Source: a virus. From it: DNA of 64,000 bases. The DNA lies in the IMG/VR virus record IMGVR_UViG_3300009149_000019, positions 1 to 64,000 of that record; one strand, 5' to 3'. Under the pieces are notes generated by a model, which worked only from the letters and a program-made list of their open reading frames with translations, did no database searches and was not told the origin of the DNA. Shown in pieces: positions 9,132 through 17,449 of the stretch. How positions within the stretch are numbered: position 1 is the first letter of the stretch; each line of letters begins with the position of its first letter. Both the position numbers and the translations under genes were made by a program.

Positions 9132-9483
9132 GAAGGATTTTATTATTCAGGCCTACAAATCATCAGGGCCTGGTGGGCAGCATAGAAACAAAACTATGTC
9201 TGCGATACGCATGGTTCATCCAGAGTCTGGAGCTATGGCTTGCTCTGGTAATGAACGGTCACAGCACCAGAATAAACGGCTGGCCTTTAAGGCTCTTGTG
9301 GCTCGTCCTGAGTTTCAAAAGTGGATTAGGGTAAAAGCCGCTGCAGCTGGGTGTGATTTGCATGAGCTAGAGAGAGCCATCGAGAAGCAGGTTACTAACA
9401 TGATGGCAGAAGAGAATCTGAAAGTAGAAATTAGAGGGGAGGACGGAAAATGGGAAACCGCAAAGGAGCCTTTACAGGAATAG
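9085..9483 (+). CDS. class I peptide chain release factor GGQ domain protein (ArfB/PrfH-like)
   Basis: SSGPGGQHRNKTMSAIRMVHPESG...ERSQHQNKRLA; no codon-recognition domains. Confidence 0.9.
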   Translation: MSTEKKKRKLLFSVTKKDFIIQAYKSSGPGGQHRNKTMSAIRMVHPESGAMACSGNERSQHQNKRLAFKALVARPEFQKWIRVKAAAAGCDLHELERAIEKQVTNMMAEENLKVEIRGEDGKWETAKEPLQE

Positions 9484-9848
9484 AACAGCTCCACAGAACC
9501 ATGACAAAGCATGGCATAGTGCCGGCGACTACTACAGTTATGACTGATATTGCGACCAATATTACGATTCATCAGATACATGCGTATACAAGAGATAATG
9601 AACAAAAAACGGTTCTGGCAGCTACCAGGGGAAATGACCTACTCCACTTTTCGGTACATGATAGCTGGAATGGGTTTATTCGTTCCAGGGAGAGCCTAAT
9701 GTTCCGATTTCTTGACTACTATGCTGTTGTGTATTTTACGGATGGGTCGTGTTGTACAACACCCATACCCGAGGATACACCAGCGTGGGAACTGGAAGAC
9801 ATGGCTCTCTCTACATTCTTAGGAAAAGGGAGTATATATGCCAAATAA
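9450..9848 (+). CDS. hypothetical protein
   Basis: ORF filling the gap; start could be 9450 or 9501. Confidence 0.6.
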   Translation: MGNRKGAFTGIEQLHRTMTKHGIVPATTTVMTDIATNITIHQIHAYTRDNEQKTVLAATRGNDLLHFSVHDSWNGFIRSRESLMFRFLDYYAVVYFTDGSCCTTPIPEDTPAWELEDMALSTFLGKGSIYAK

Positions 9849-10017
9849 TGGTTGTACCTATAATCTTTATGAGTTTATGGAAGATCCAGAAGAACACATG
9901 GCAACAAAATGGAAAGAGGACCCAGACCTTTTGGTGTACGGACGATACATACGAACACCAAAAGGTGGACAGGTGTCTAGGTATCACACTATCCCAGCGT
10001 TTTGTTTTGCTGCATAG
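9838..10017 (+). CDS. hypothetical protein (59 aa)
   Basis: Not in the ORF track; GGGAG SD, MPNNGCTYNLYEF...AFCFAA*; ends just before the SD of the next gene. Confidence 0.55.
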   Translation: MPNNGCTYNLYEFMEDPEEHMATKWKEDPDLLVYGRYIRTPKGGQVSRYHTIPAFCFAA

Positions 10018-10026
10018 GAGGGTCTT

Positions 10027-11070
10027 ATGTTTGTACCAACGAATGATGTACTGAGCACCACTCAGACTAAGAAGGGTTCGAGGGCTCAGTGCCATATCTG
10101 TCCACGAGAGTGCCTTCTTTCTTCTGGGGAAATAGGAGTGTGTGGGGGAAGAAAAAATGCTCAGGGTAAGTGTGTTCCTGTTGTAAGGGATTACTACCCA
10201 GCGTTAATGATAGATCCCATAGAAAAGAAACCATTCTATCACTTCTATCCTGGTAAGCAGGTTTTGTCTATTGGAGCATTAGGCTGCAGCCTTAAGTGTG
10301 GTTTTTGTTATAATAAAGAGCTGTCTTGTCCGGAATCATATCCGGAAGATCAGGACTCTCGTGCCGTAGATAAGAAGATGGTAGAGCTACTTATGAGTGA
10401 CTCTGACATTATCGGCATTGCTTTCAGTTTTACGGAGCCATCTGTGTGGATTGAAACCTACATGAAGTACATGGCTATGGCCACGGTATTTAGGAAAAAA
10501 GTTCTCCTTAAAACAAATGGATACATAAACCCACAGCTATTTATGGAGATGTTTATACTGAATCCATTACACGCCGTAAACCTGGACATAAAAACCATGA
10601 ACCCAGAGACATTCAGGACGGTCTGTGATGGGGACCTTTCCGTCGTACTTCATAACGCGGAGTTTCTTGGGGAGGATAAAAGGGAGTATCATGATCCCAT
10701 TCATCTTGAAGTATCTCACTTAATGATCCCTGGTGTAACTGATAAGGAGAGCGAGTTTAGAGAGCTTGTTACCTTTATTGAGTCCAAGCTTGGGAATGAT
10801 ACACCACTCCATATAGCCACGTATCATCCAGTACCGTGGTTTCCACAGGCACCTAGTGCTACTCCAGAAGAAACTGTAAAACGTTTTTATAAGATTGCTA
10901 AGGACAGGTTGAAGTATGTTTATCTGGAACACACGTTGTATCCGGAATGTGCTGCTACTGTCTGTCCTAAGTGTGGACAGAAAGCAATCCAGAGAGATGA
11001 TTTTGAAGTTACTATCTCTAAGAGGTGTAAGCACTGCTTGGATATGGTGTGGCCTCCCTACAAATTATAG
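10027..11070 (+). CDS. AmmeMemoRadiSam-type radical SAM enzyme (AmrS-like)
   Basis: CHICPRECLL..G.C..R, DPIEKKPFYHFYPG, GCSLKCGFCYN, TPLH, C-terminal CPKC. Confidence 0.9.
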   Translation: MFVPTNDVLSTTQTKKGSRAQCHICPRECLLSSGEIGVCGGRKNAQGKCVPVVRDYYPALMIDPIEKKPFYHFYPGKQVLSIGALGCSLKCGFCYNKELSCPESYPEDQDSRAVDKKMVELLMSDSDIIGIAFSFTEPSVWIETYMKYMAMATVFRKKVLLKTNGYINPQLFMEMFILNPLHAVNLDIKTMNPETFRTVCDGDLSVVLHNAEFLGEDKREYHDPIHLEVSHLMIPGVTDKESEFRELVTFIESKLGNDTPLHIATYHPVPWFPQAPSATPEETVKRFYKIAKDRLKYVYLEHTLYPECAATVCPKCGQKAIQRDDFEVTISKRCKHCLDMVWPPYKL

Positions 11071-11079
11071 GAGGATTAA

Positions 11080-11544
11080 ATGAGGAAACTCAGAATAAAT
11101 CCGGACTTTACGCAGGACCCTTCAAAGTTAAAGAAGGCATCCAGACTGTCTCCGGAAGCCCAGGATAAAAAAGAAGAAAAATCCTGGCTAACAAAAATTA
11201 ACAACTATAAACATCAGCTGTTTAGTAGAAGGTTATTTGAGAAGAGTGTTACTCTTGTGCTTAGCCTGCCTGCTAGGCAGCATGCACTTTTCTTGAAAAC
11301 CTGGCCCCTTATGAAGGGTGTTCCTATTGCTATTAGGGCACGTGGCGAAAAGGCCACAGAAGAGGATGTTTTGGGATATTTTCAAGACCTGCAAACTAAC
11401 TATGATGGGAGTTCTGTAGTTAGTGCAGTGTTTAGAATAGACGCCTTTGCTGCGGACTATGAGTACATTCTAGTCCCTGACAAGGGATTAACATCCTTTG
11501 TAGCTATTAGGGCTTATAAAAAAATTAGAAGGGAGCAGGTATGA
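11080..11544 (+). CDS. hypothetical protein
   Basis: AGGAGG SD, 154 aa. Confidence 0.7.
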   Translation: MRKLRINPDFTQDPSKLKKASRLSPEAQDKKEEKSWLTKINNYKHQLFSRRLFEKSVTLVLSLPARQHALFLKTWPLMKGVPIAIRARGEKATEEDVLGYFQDLQTNYDGSSVVSAVFRIDAFAADYEYILVPDKGLTSFVAIRAYKKIRREQV

Positions 11545-12563
11545 AAGTAAAAATATCAATGCCCGAAGATATGAAACAGTATAAGGCGACCTTGGAACGG
11601 GTGTTCAAGTTAGTCTTTACAGAGGAGCGCCTTGATTTCGGAGGCAGGCTCGTCTTTGAAGAGCATGAAAGGGTAGAGAAGGGTATGGAGGATCCAAAAG
11701 GATTCTTCTCATCTCCAGGAAAGTACTCTCCATCTTTCTTCGCATTTATGGAAACATTTCCTGAGGAGACACTCAGGAAGAAAATGAAGAAATGGTCGAA
11801 GGGGCTGAGGGCTCTATCTCTAACGAATGACGCCCAGGTACAAAGTCTTATTGACTTTTATGGATCATTTAGGTCAAGGCTCAATAAAGAGATGGACCTT
11901 CCTGAGAAGGAAGGTGCTATCTATAAGAGCTGGATGCGTGTGATCCGGTTCTACCAGGGAAGTAATCCGGAGCACGTAGTTTATAAGAACTTTGGGATTA
12001 TTAAGGACCTGGTAAATAAAGAAGATAGAAGAACGTATATTCGTGACACAATAGAAGGTAGTGGTGGCACGAGGAATGACTTCCGCCAGGCCGTAATGGC
12101 GACTATCCAGGAAAATGTTAAAAACCTGGAAGTTGAGTTTTGGAAGTTCTTTAAATTGGTAAAGGACTACCATGAAGAACATGGTATTACTGAGGAGCCA
12201 CAGGAAGGCATGTCACTTCTGGGTAGGATGCTTAGGCTCCCTAGTCGACCTGCCTCCACGGAAGGTCTTGTTATTTCTTTTAACTGGATAAATGTAGCCT
12301 TGTATGGGCAAGTACCCACAAAAAAAGAAGTTAACAGAGCTATTGCTCTGATTAGGGCAGAGATGGCTGCCAGAGAAAAGAAGATGGAGAAGGAGAACAA
12401 GAAGGTAAATGATGCGATGCAGCAGTTCGAGACTGCTGTTCGTAAGAAGATAGAAGAACAGCGTGAAGCTGGAGATGCGCCGGATGATGATGAGGATAAG
12501 GATCAGCCTTCTCCGTCTGGTGCAATAGATCCGGCTGGCTTTGACGTGGAAGACGATGAATAG
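11541..12563 (+). CDS. hypothetical protein with an acidic C-terminal tail
   Basis: 340 aa, ATGA coupling. Confidence 0.75.
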   Translation: MKVKISMPEDMKQYKATLERVFKLVFTEERLDFGGRLVFEEHERVEKGMEDPKGFFSSPGKYSPSFFAFMETFPEETLRKKMKKWSKGLRALSLTNDAQVQSLIDFYGSFRSRLNKEMDLPEKEGAIYKSWMRVIRFYQGSNPEHVVYKNFGIIKDLVNKEDRRTYIRDTIEGSGGTRNDFRQAVMATIQENVKNLEVEFWKFFKLVKDYHEEHGITEEPQEGMSLLGRMLRLPSRPASTEGLVISFNWINVALYGQVPTKKEVNRAIALIRAEMAAREKKMEKENKKVNDAMQQFETAVRKKIEEQREAGDAPDDDEDKDQPSPSGAIDPAGFDVEDDE

Positions 12564-12600
12564 AACCTAGCTCACTACACAGATAACTAAAGGAGGTAAA

Positions 12601-13239
12601 ATGGCGCTTTCATTTTACATTAGAGGCGCACCGCGTCTAACTACCTATGCTGAAATCCTCCCTATCTTATTTTCTGAAATATCTAAGGATTTCATAGAGC
12701 AGGGTAAGAAGTATTCTGAAAAGAGGATACATCAATTCCTGGGGCTTGCTAAGAAGTGCAACCACAGAAGACTGATAGAAAGATTTGAGGACGATGCGGC
12801 CTTTCTTAAGGACCACATGGACAAGGAGCAATTCTTGTTTAACCAAGGGTGCAGGTTCTTTCTTTATTCTGCTAGGAATTATAAGGTTCTTAAGAAGATG
12901 AAGAAAGAGCATAAGGCTCTTTTTCTTCAGTGGCTTGATCTCTTTAACTTATCTTCCAAGTGCAACTACTATGCAGTTGCAACTAAGGAGATGGGGTACA
13001 TAAAGGACGAGATAGCCATTCCATGGTTTGACAAGAATACATATGTGTATTCAGTAATTCCTGGAAAGATAGCCCCAAAGAGGCTGGAGGTTGAAAAAAG
13101 GCTGAGGGAGATTAAAGAAGAGCTAAAAACGAAAGCTGAGGCTTTTTGTGATCAGCTGGAGATAATAAGAAAGGAGGTGGAAGGCGATGGGAGGCTACTG
13201 AGAATTAAATCTCAGGGAGGAGAAGATAATGGAAAATAA
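12601..13239 (+). CDS. hypothetical protein
   Basis: AAGGAGG SD, 212 aa. Confidence 0.75.
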   Translation: MALSFYIRGAPRLTTYAEILPILFSEISKDFIEQGKKYSEKRIHQFLGLAKKCNHRRLIERFEDDAAFLKDHMDKEQFLFNQGCRFFLYSARNYKVLKKMKKEHKALFLQWLDLFNLSSKCNYYAVATKEMGYIKDEIAIPWFDKNTYVYSVIPGKIAPKRLEVEKRLREIKEELKTKAEAFCDQLEIIRKEVEGDGRLLRIKSQGGEDNGK

Positions 13240-14098
13240 GATTCAAATGGTAACACACAAGTGTGTCGACTTCGACGCATGTCTGTCTGTGTGGCTCTTG
13301 GAGACATTTGTTTTTAAGGACAGAAAAGTGGAATACAAGTTCTTATCAGCAAATGACGAGCTAGACACAGGCATAGATACTGTCTGTGTAGACATGACAC
13401 CGAAAACAGTTACAGGCCCAGTAACTGTGTACGACCATCATACTACAGGACAGGACTCAAACGCAAGACTCCTTTTTCAGGAGTTTGCACAGTTAATACC
13501 CGAGTCTATACGAGTATTAATTGAGTTTGCTGACCTGTCGGATAAGATGGACGTTGGGACCCTGTTTAAGAAGGCGGACAGGAAGTTCACGTCCCTTACA
13601 TTTGGAGCCTTGCCTGGTATACTGCGTCATTCACGTAAGAGTGACTATGAGGTGCTGATGATTATGTACCCCATATTTGAGGGGTTTCTATACTCAAAAG
13701 AGGCACTCAGCAGGGCTTCTGATTTTATCGAGAAGCGGGTTGTATTCCACAGGGGTGGTACAATTGCTTCCTACAAAATATCGTATAAGGAGGATCAGTA
13801 TAAGGTAAACAGTAGTTTATTTAATGGAAGGAATGTACATGTGGTTATTCTGAAACAGGATAACAACACAGTAATACATGTTAATCAAAATTTTACAACA
13901 ATTGATCTGAGACAACTGAAAGATGTTATTGATGAAGATGACCGGTGGTTCTACCACCATAATGGACACTTAGCATGTTGTGGTTCTAGGAAGAACCCTA
14001 CTAAGTGCCCAACTAAGTATACCGTAGACCAACTGGTCTACTTAGTATCCGAAATTATGGATACACCCATACCCATACCAGAGGAGGACGTAGCGTGA
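13229..14098 (+). CDS. DHH/MYG1-like phosphoesterase
   Basis: VTHxxxDFD, VCVD, YDHH and a later D motif. Confidence 0.6.
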   Translation: MENKIQMVTHKCVDFDACLSVWLLETFVFKDRKVEYKFLSANDELDTGIDTVCVDMTPKTVTGPVTVYDHHTTGQDSNARLLFQEFAQLIPESIRVLIEFADLSDKMDVGTLFKKADRKFTSLTFGALPGILRHSRKSDYEVLMIMYPIFEGFLYSKEALSRASDFIEKRVVFHRGGTIASYKISYKEDQYKVNSSLFNGRNVHVVILKQDNNTVIHVNQNFTTIDLRQLKDVIDEDDRWFYHHNGHLACCGSRKNPTKCPTKYTVDQLVYLVSEIMDTPIPIPEEDVA

Positions 14099-14562
14099 AA
14101 ACAACCATTACCATTGAAAACACCAGTGACCTAGGTATATTGGTCGAAACCTACCTTTCCCTTAAAGGAGAGATTGAGGTTATTGAGGCCAAGGCTAAAA
14201 AGTCTATGGCACCTGCCCAGGCTAAAATAGTTGAGATTCAGAAGACCGCAGTAGCAGCACTAGGTGAGAAGAAGAAAAAACAAGATGAAATTCTTGCTGT
14301 AGTGAAGACCTTCATGATGGCCTCGGAAGAGAAGGCCTTTATGTTTCCTGTTGGGTCCATCACATCTAGGACCAAGAAAGTCTACACAGTTCCCGACAAG
14401 GACATCACCCTTGCCGGGTTAGAAGAGCTTGGTCTCCCTGAATACATCAGGACCAAGAAAGAAATCAAAATGACTGAGATAAAAGAACTTAAGGCAGAGG
14501 TTCTCCAGGACATCGGTGTTGACGTGAAAGATGACCTGGACATATGGATAAAAGCGGCTTGA
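14095..14562 (+). CDS. Mu Gam-like host-nuclease inhibitor
   Basis: N-terminal coiled coil, GSITSR, LGLPEYIRTKKEI, IGVDV. Confidence 0.7.
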   Translation: MKTTITIENTSDLGILVETYLSLKGEIEVIEAKAKKSMAPAQAKIVEIQKTAVAALGEKKKKQDEILAVVKTFMMASEEKAFMFPVGSITSRTKKVYTVPDKDITLAGLEELGLPEYIRTKKEIKMTEIKELKAEVLQDIGVDVKDDLDIWIKAA

Positions 14563-14619
14563 CGACCACAGTACCATCGCGGTAAGATAGCAAAATCAAA
14601 AAAATAAGGAGAGGCACAC

Positions 14620-15816
14620 ATGGGAGCAAATTTCGATTATAAGGAACTGATAGGGTTCTTGGAGATGTACGCACACGCGAAGTTTGACTATACGCATATT
14701 TGTCCGTATATCGTAGGAGAGTCGGGCATTGGAAAATCCGAAATCATGGAGCAAGTCTTCGTGAAAGCAGGATACACTATGATACAGTGCCAGATTGGCA
14801 CAAAGACTCTGGAATACTTCATGGGACTCCCAGAGATCACAAAATGGCAGGAGGTTGTCCGCGACAAAAATGGAGTCGCAGTGATGCAACCACGACTGGG
14901 CTTAGACGGAAAGCCTGAAAAGACGAAACAGATTGATGAAAAGGGTAACCCTGTTATTGATGAAAAGGGTAACTCAATAATGATACCGGTATTAGAACCA
15001 AAAATGAAAACGATTGCGGAGACTACTTGGACTCCACCGGAGCTTGTTGTGTTGGCTAATCGTGAAGAGAAGGCAGTCATCTTTATCGACGACTTTCATC
15101 TTGCTCGAGAAGAAGAGAGAAAGGTCATGTTTGAGTTGCTGACAACGCACAGCATCCATGGCTTTCGCCTTAATGATTCAGTTAAGGTAGTTATGGCAGC
15201 TAATCCGCAGGATGCGGAATATGGAGCCACTGTAACTGATCTGCCTAAGCCAATAAGGTCCAGGATTGCAGTGTTCAGGCTCAACCATAACGTTGAGCAG
15301 TGGTGTCATGAGTCTCTGGACCGAGGCATCGACAAGAGAATCGTTGCCTTCCTCAGGTTCAACGAGGCGCAGCTTCTGACTGAAGCAGATGATGCTGGTC
15401 AGTATGCATGCCCTAGAAGTTACTGGGGCCTTAGTGATTATCTCAAAGCTGGATTCCCTCTCTCAATGAAGCTGACAACAGGATTCATTGGGGCTGGTGC
15501 GGCTTCTGATCTCATGGGTTTCCATGACGTGTATCAGAAGTTTGAGGATCCGGCGAATCGTCCAAAGAAATGGACCAATCTCGGGAGCGATCATGCTAAG
15601 AAGGCTGCTTTCACCGCATACCTTATGATCAAGGATGACCTTGCTCTCATTAAGAAGTTTGTGGTAGACATGACACATGACAAAGACTCTAGTGCCTTTG
15701 CCATCCTTCTTCTCAAGTCTATCTCATCTAAAAGAGACATTGACGATCCCAGGTGTCTTGAGGTTTTCGACATGGTTGATAATCAGGACATCATTGAGTG
15801 TCTCGGTTACGTCTAA
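14620..15816 (+). CDS. MoxR/AAA_5-type AAA+ ATPase
   Basis: Walker A GESGIGKS, Walker B IFIDDF, MAANP, LPKPIRSR arginine finger, CPRSY. Confidence 0.88.
   Translation: MGANFDYKELIGFLEMYAHAKFDYTHICPYIVGESGIGKSEIMEQVFVKAGYTMIQCQIGTKTLEYFMGLPEITKWQEVVRDKNGVAVMQPRLGLDGKPEKTKQIDEKGNPVIDEKGNSIMIPVLEPKMKTIAETTWTPPELVVLANREEKAVIFIDDFHLAREEERKVMFELLTTHSIHGFRLNDSVKVVMAANPQDAEYGATVTDLPKPIRSRIAVFRLNHNVEQWCHESLDRGIDKRIVAFLRFNEAQLLTEADDAGQYACPRSYWGLSDYLKAGFPLSMKLTTGFIGAGAASDLMGFHDVYQKFEDPANRPKKWTNLGSDHAKKAAFTAYLMIKDDLALIKKFVVDMTHDKDSSAFAILLLKSISSKRDIDDPRCLEVFDMVDNQDIIECLGYV
14932..14973 (+). repeat. short direct repeat ATTGATGAAAAGGGTAAC x2 (IDEKGN) inside the AAA gene
   Basis: Two identical 18-nt copies 24 nt apart. 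Confidence 0.8.
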
Positions 15817-15826
15817 GGTAGTTAAC

Positions 15827-15862
15827 AAGGGGGCACGAGAATCAGTTCTTGTGCTCCCTTTT
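15827..15862 (+). terminator. Rho-independent terminator-like hairpin
   Basis: AAGGGGGCACGAGAA-TCAG-TTCTTGTGCTCCCTTTT. Confidence 0.75.
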
Positions 15863-15879
15863 CAATTCAGGAGGTCACT

Positions 15880-16968
15880 ATGATAAAAAGGGTAAAAAGC
15901 CCTGGCTATAATTATGTGTTTGACAGTGAGAAGGGGTTATTTATTCGCTGGGGTAAAACAAAAGATGATGATCCTTTATTCTCTCCAGTTGGGCCGGAGA
16001 TCCTGGATCTTGAGATGTCCACGATCTGCCCTAGAGCCTGTGAGCATTGCTACAAGAGCAATACGAACGAAGGTAAGATGATGACGTTTAGTACGTTTAA
16101 GGATATCTTTCAAAAGTTCCCTAAAACGTTGACCCAGATCGCATTCGGTATCGGATCGTTCAGGGAAGCGAAATCGGAGCTGCTCGCAATGATGGAGTAT
16201 TGCAGAGCTAACAGTTACAACAAAGTAGTTCCAAATGTAACTGTTAACGGAGAAGATCTTACTACTGAAGACTATCAGGCTCTCGCAAAACTATGTGGAG
16301 CAGTGTCCGTGTCCTTTTATGACAAGGACAACTGCTACAGGGCAATAAACGCCCTTACGCAAAATGGGCTGTCACAAGCAAACATCCATATCATCCTTTC
16401 GGAAGAAACGTTACCTCTTTGTTATGAGGTAATGGATGATTTCCATAATGATGCTAGGCTTTCCATGCTCAATGCGATCGTCCTTCTGCTTCTTAAGCCG
16501 AAGGGTAAAAGGAATGTTCTTCACCCTGTACAGGACATGGGAAAGATAAAGGACTTGATTGATTATGCTTTTGAGCATGACGTTCCAATTGGGTTTGATT
16601 CCTGTACGGCTCCAATGTTTCTGAAGTCTGTGGAGCATAGAGAGGACTTTAAGGACCTGTCGATGACAGCAGAGCCTTGTGAGTCCTTTGGCCTCTTTTC
16701 TGCATATGTAAACGTGGATGGAGACTACTTTCCATGTTCTTTTGCTGAAGGTGAAGGAGATTGGAAAGAAGGAATGTCCGTGGTGGATTGCAAGGACTTT
16801 CTTAAGGACATCTGGTATTCGGAAAAGCTGGATGGATGGAGAAAGAAGTCTCTTGCATTGTCATCAGAGTGTGACTGTACCCTGTCTTCTCTCTGCAGGC
16901 CGTGTCCTATCTTTGACATAACTCCATGTCAGAGAGAAAACAGAAGACCAAAGGAGATGGAGGCATAA
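15880..16968 (+). CDS. radical SAM/SPASM domain protein
   Basis: CPRACEHCY; C-terminal PCES..YVNVDGDYFPCSF..C..C..C..CP. Confidence 0.9.
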   Translation: MIKRVKSPGYNYVFDSEKGLFIRWGKTKDDDPLFSPVGPEILDLEMSTICPRACEHCYKSNTNEGKMMTFSTFKDIFQKFPKTLTQIAFGIGSFREAKSELLAMMEYCRANSYNKVVPNVTVNGEDLTTEDYQALAKLCGAVSVSFYDKDNCYRAINALTQNGLSQANIHIILSEETLPLCYEVMDDFHNDARLSMLNAIVLLLLKPKGKRNVLHPVQDMGKIKDLIDYAFEHDVPIGFDSCTAPMFLKSVEHREDFKDLSMTAEPCESFGLFSAYVNVDGDYFPCSFAEGEGDWKEGMSVVDCKDFLKDIWYSEKLDGWRKKSLALSSECDCTLSSLCRPCPIFDITPCQRENRRPKEMEA

Positions 16969-17438
16969 TGAAGATTAGGACAGGATTTGTATCTAATTCA
17001 AGTTCCTCCAGCTTCATACTCTTTTTTAAAAAGGGGCATCCTAAGACAATACATGAGCTTAGGACTCTTCTTTTTGGAGAGGGCGAGACTGTTATTGGGT
17101 CTTCTGGAACAGAGTACAAAGCACAGACTATAGCAAAGACTGTGTTTAAGGATATAAAGAAGGCTAAGCCACTTACGAAGGTAAAGCTTTCTGAGCTACT
17201 GCAAGCGCTGTCTACGAGACATTGTGACCCTAATTATCCAACTGGGGGAAAGTCTTACGCAGAGGTGTTCATAGAAAACATTAAGTTTATGGACGGAGTA
17301 TCGCCTGTGCTAGACATGCTTGAGACACATGACTCGTACAAGCTAGAGTACGAGGACAATGCCTCTCCAATAGAGGCTGACCTGGAACATAGTGGGTTTC
17401 TTGATAATGTTCTGGGCTTTACCTTAAATAATCATTAG
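16968..17438 (+). CDS. MKIRxxFVSNSSSSSF-motif protein
   Basis: TAATG coupling to the radical SAM gene; N-terminus MKIRTGFVSNSSSSSF. Confidence 0.8.
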   Translation: MKIRTGFVSNSSSSSFILFFKKGHPKTIHELRTLLFGEGETVIGSSGTEYKAQTIAKTVFKDIKKAKPLTKVKLSELLQALSTRHCDPNYPTGGKSYAEVFIENIKFMDGVSPVLDMLETHDSYKLEYEDNASPIEADLEHSGFLDNVLGFTLNNH

Positions 17439-17449
17439 AAGGAGATATA

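Noticed and set aside
9085-9483. Stop-codon reassignment suggested by a phage release factor
   Set aside because: Long conserved genes are intact in code 11, TAA, TAG and TGA all end genes, and the protein lacks codon-recognition domains
9749-10054. 101-aa + strand ORF from the track
   Set aside because: It overlaps both neighbours; the 9838-10017 frame has an SD and fits the gap better
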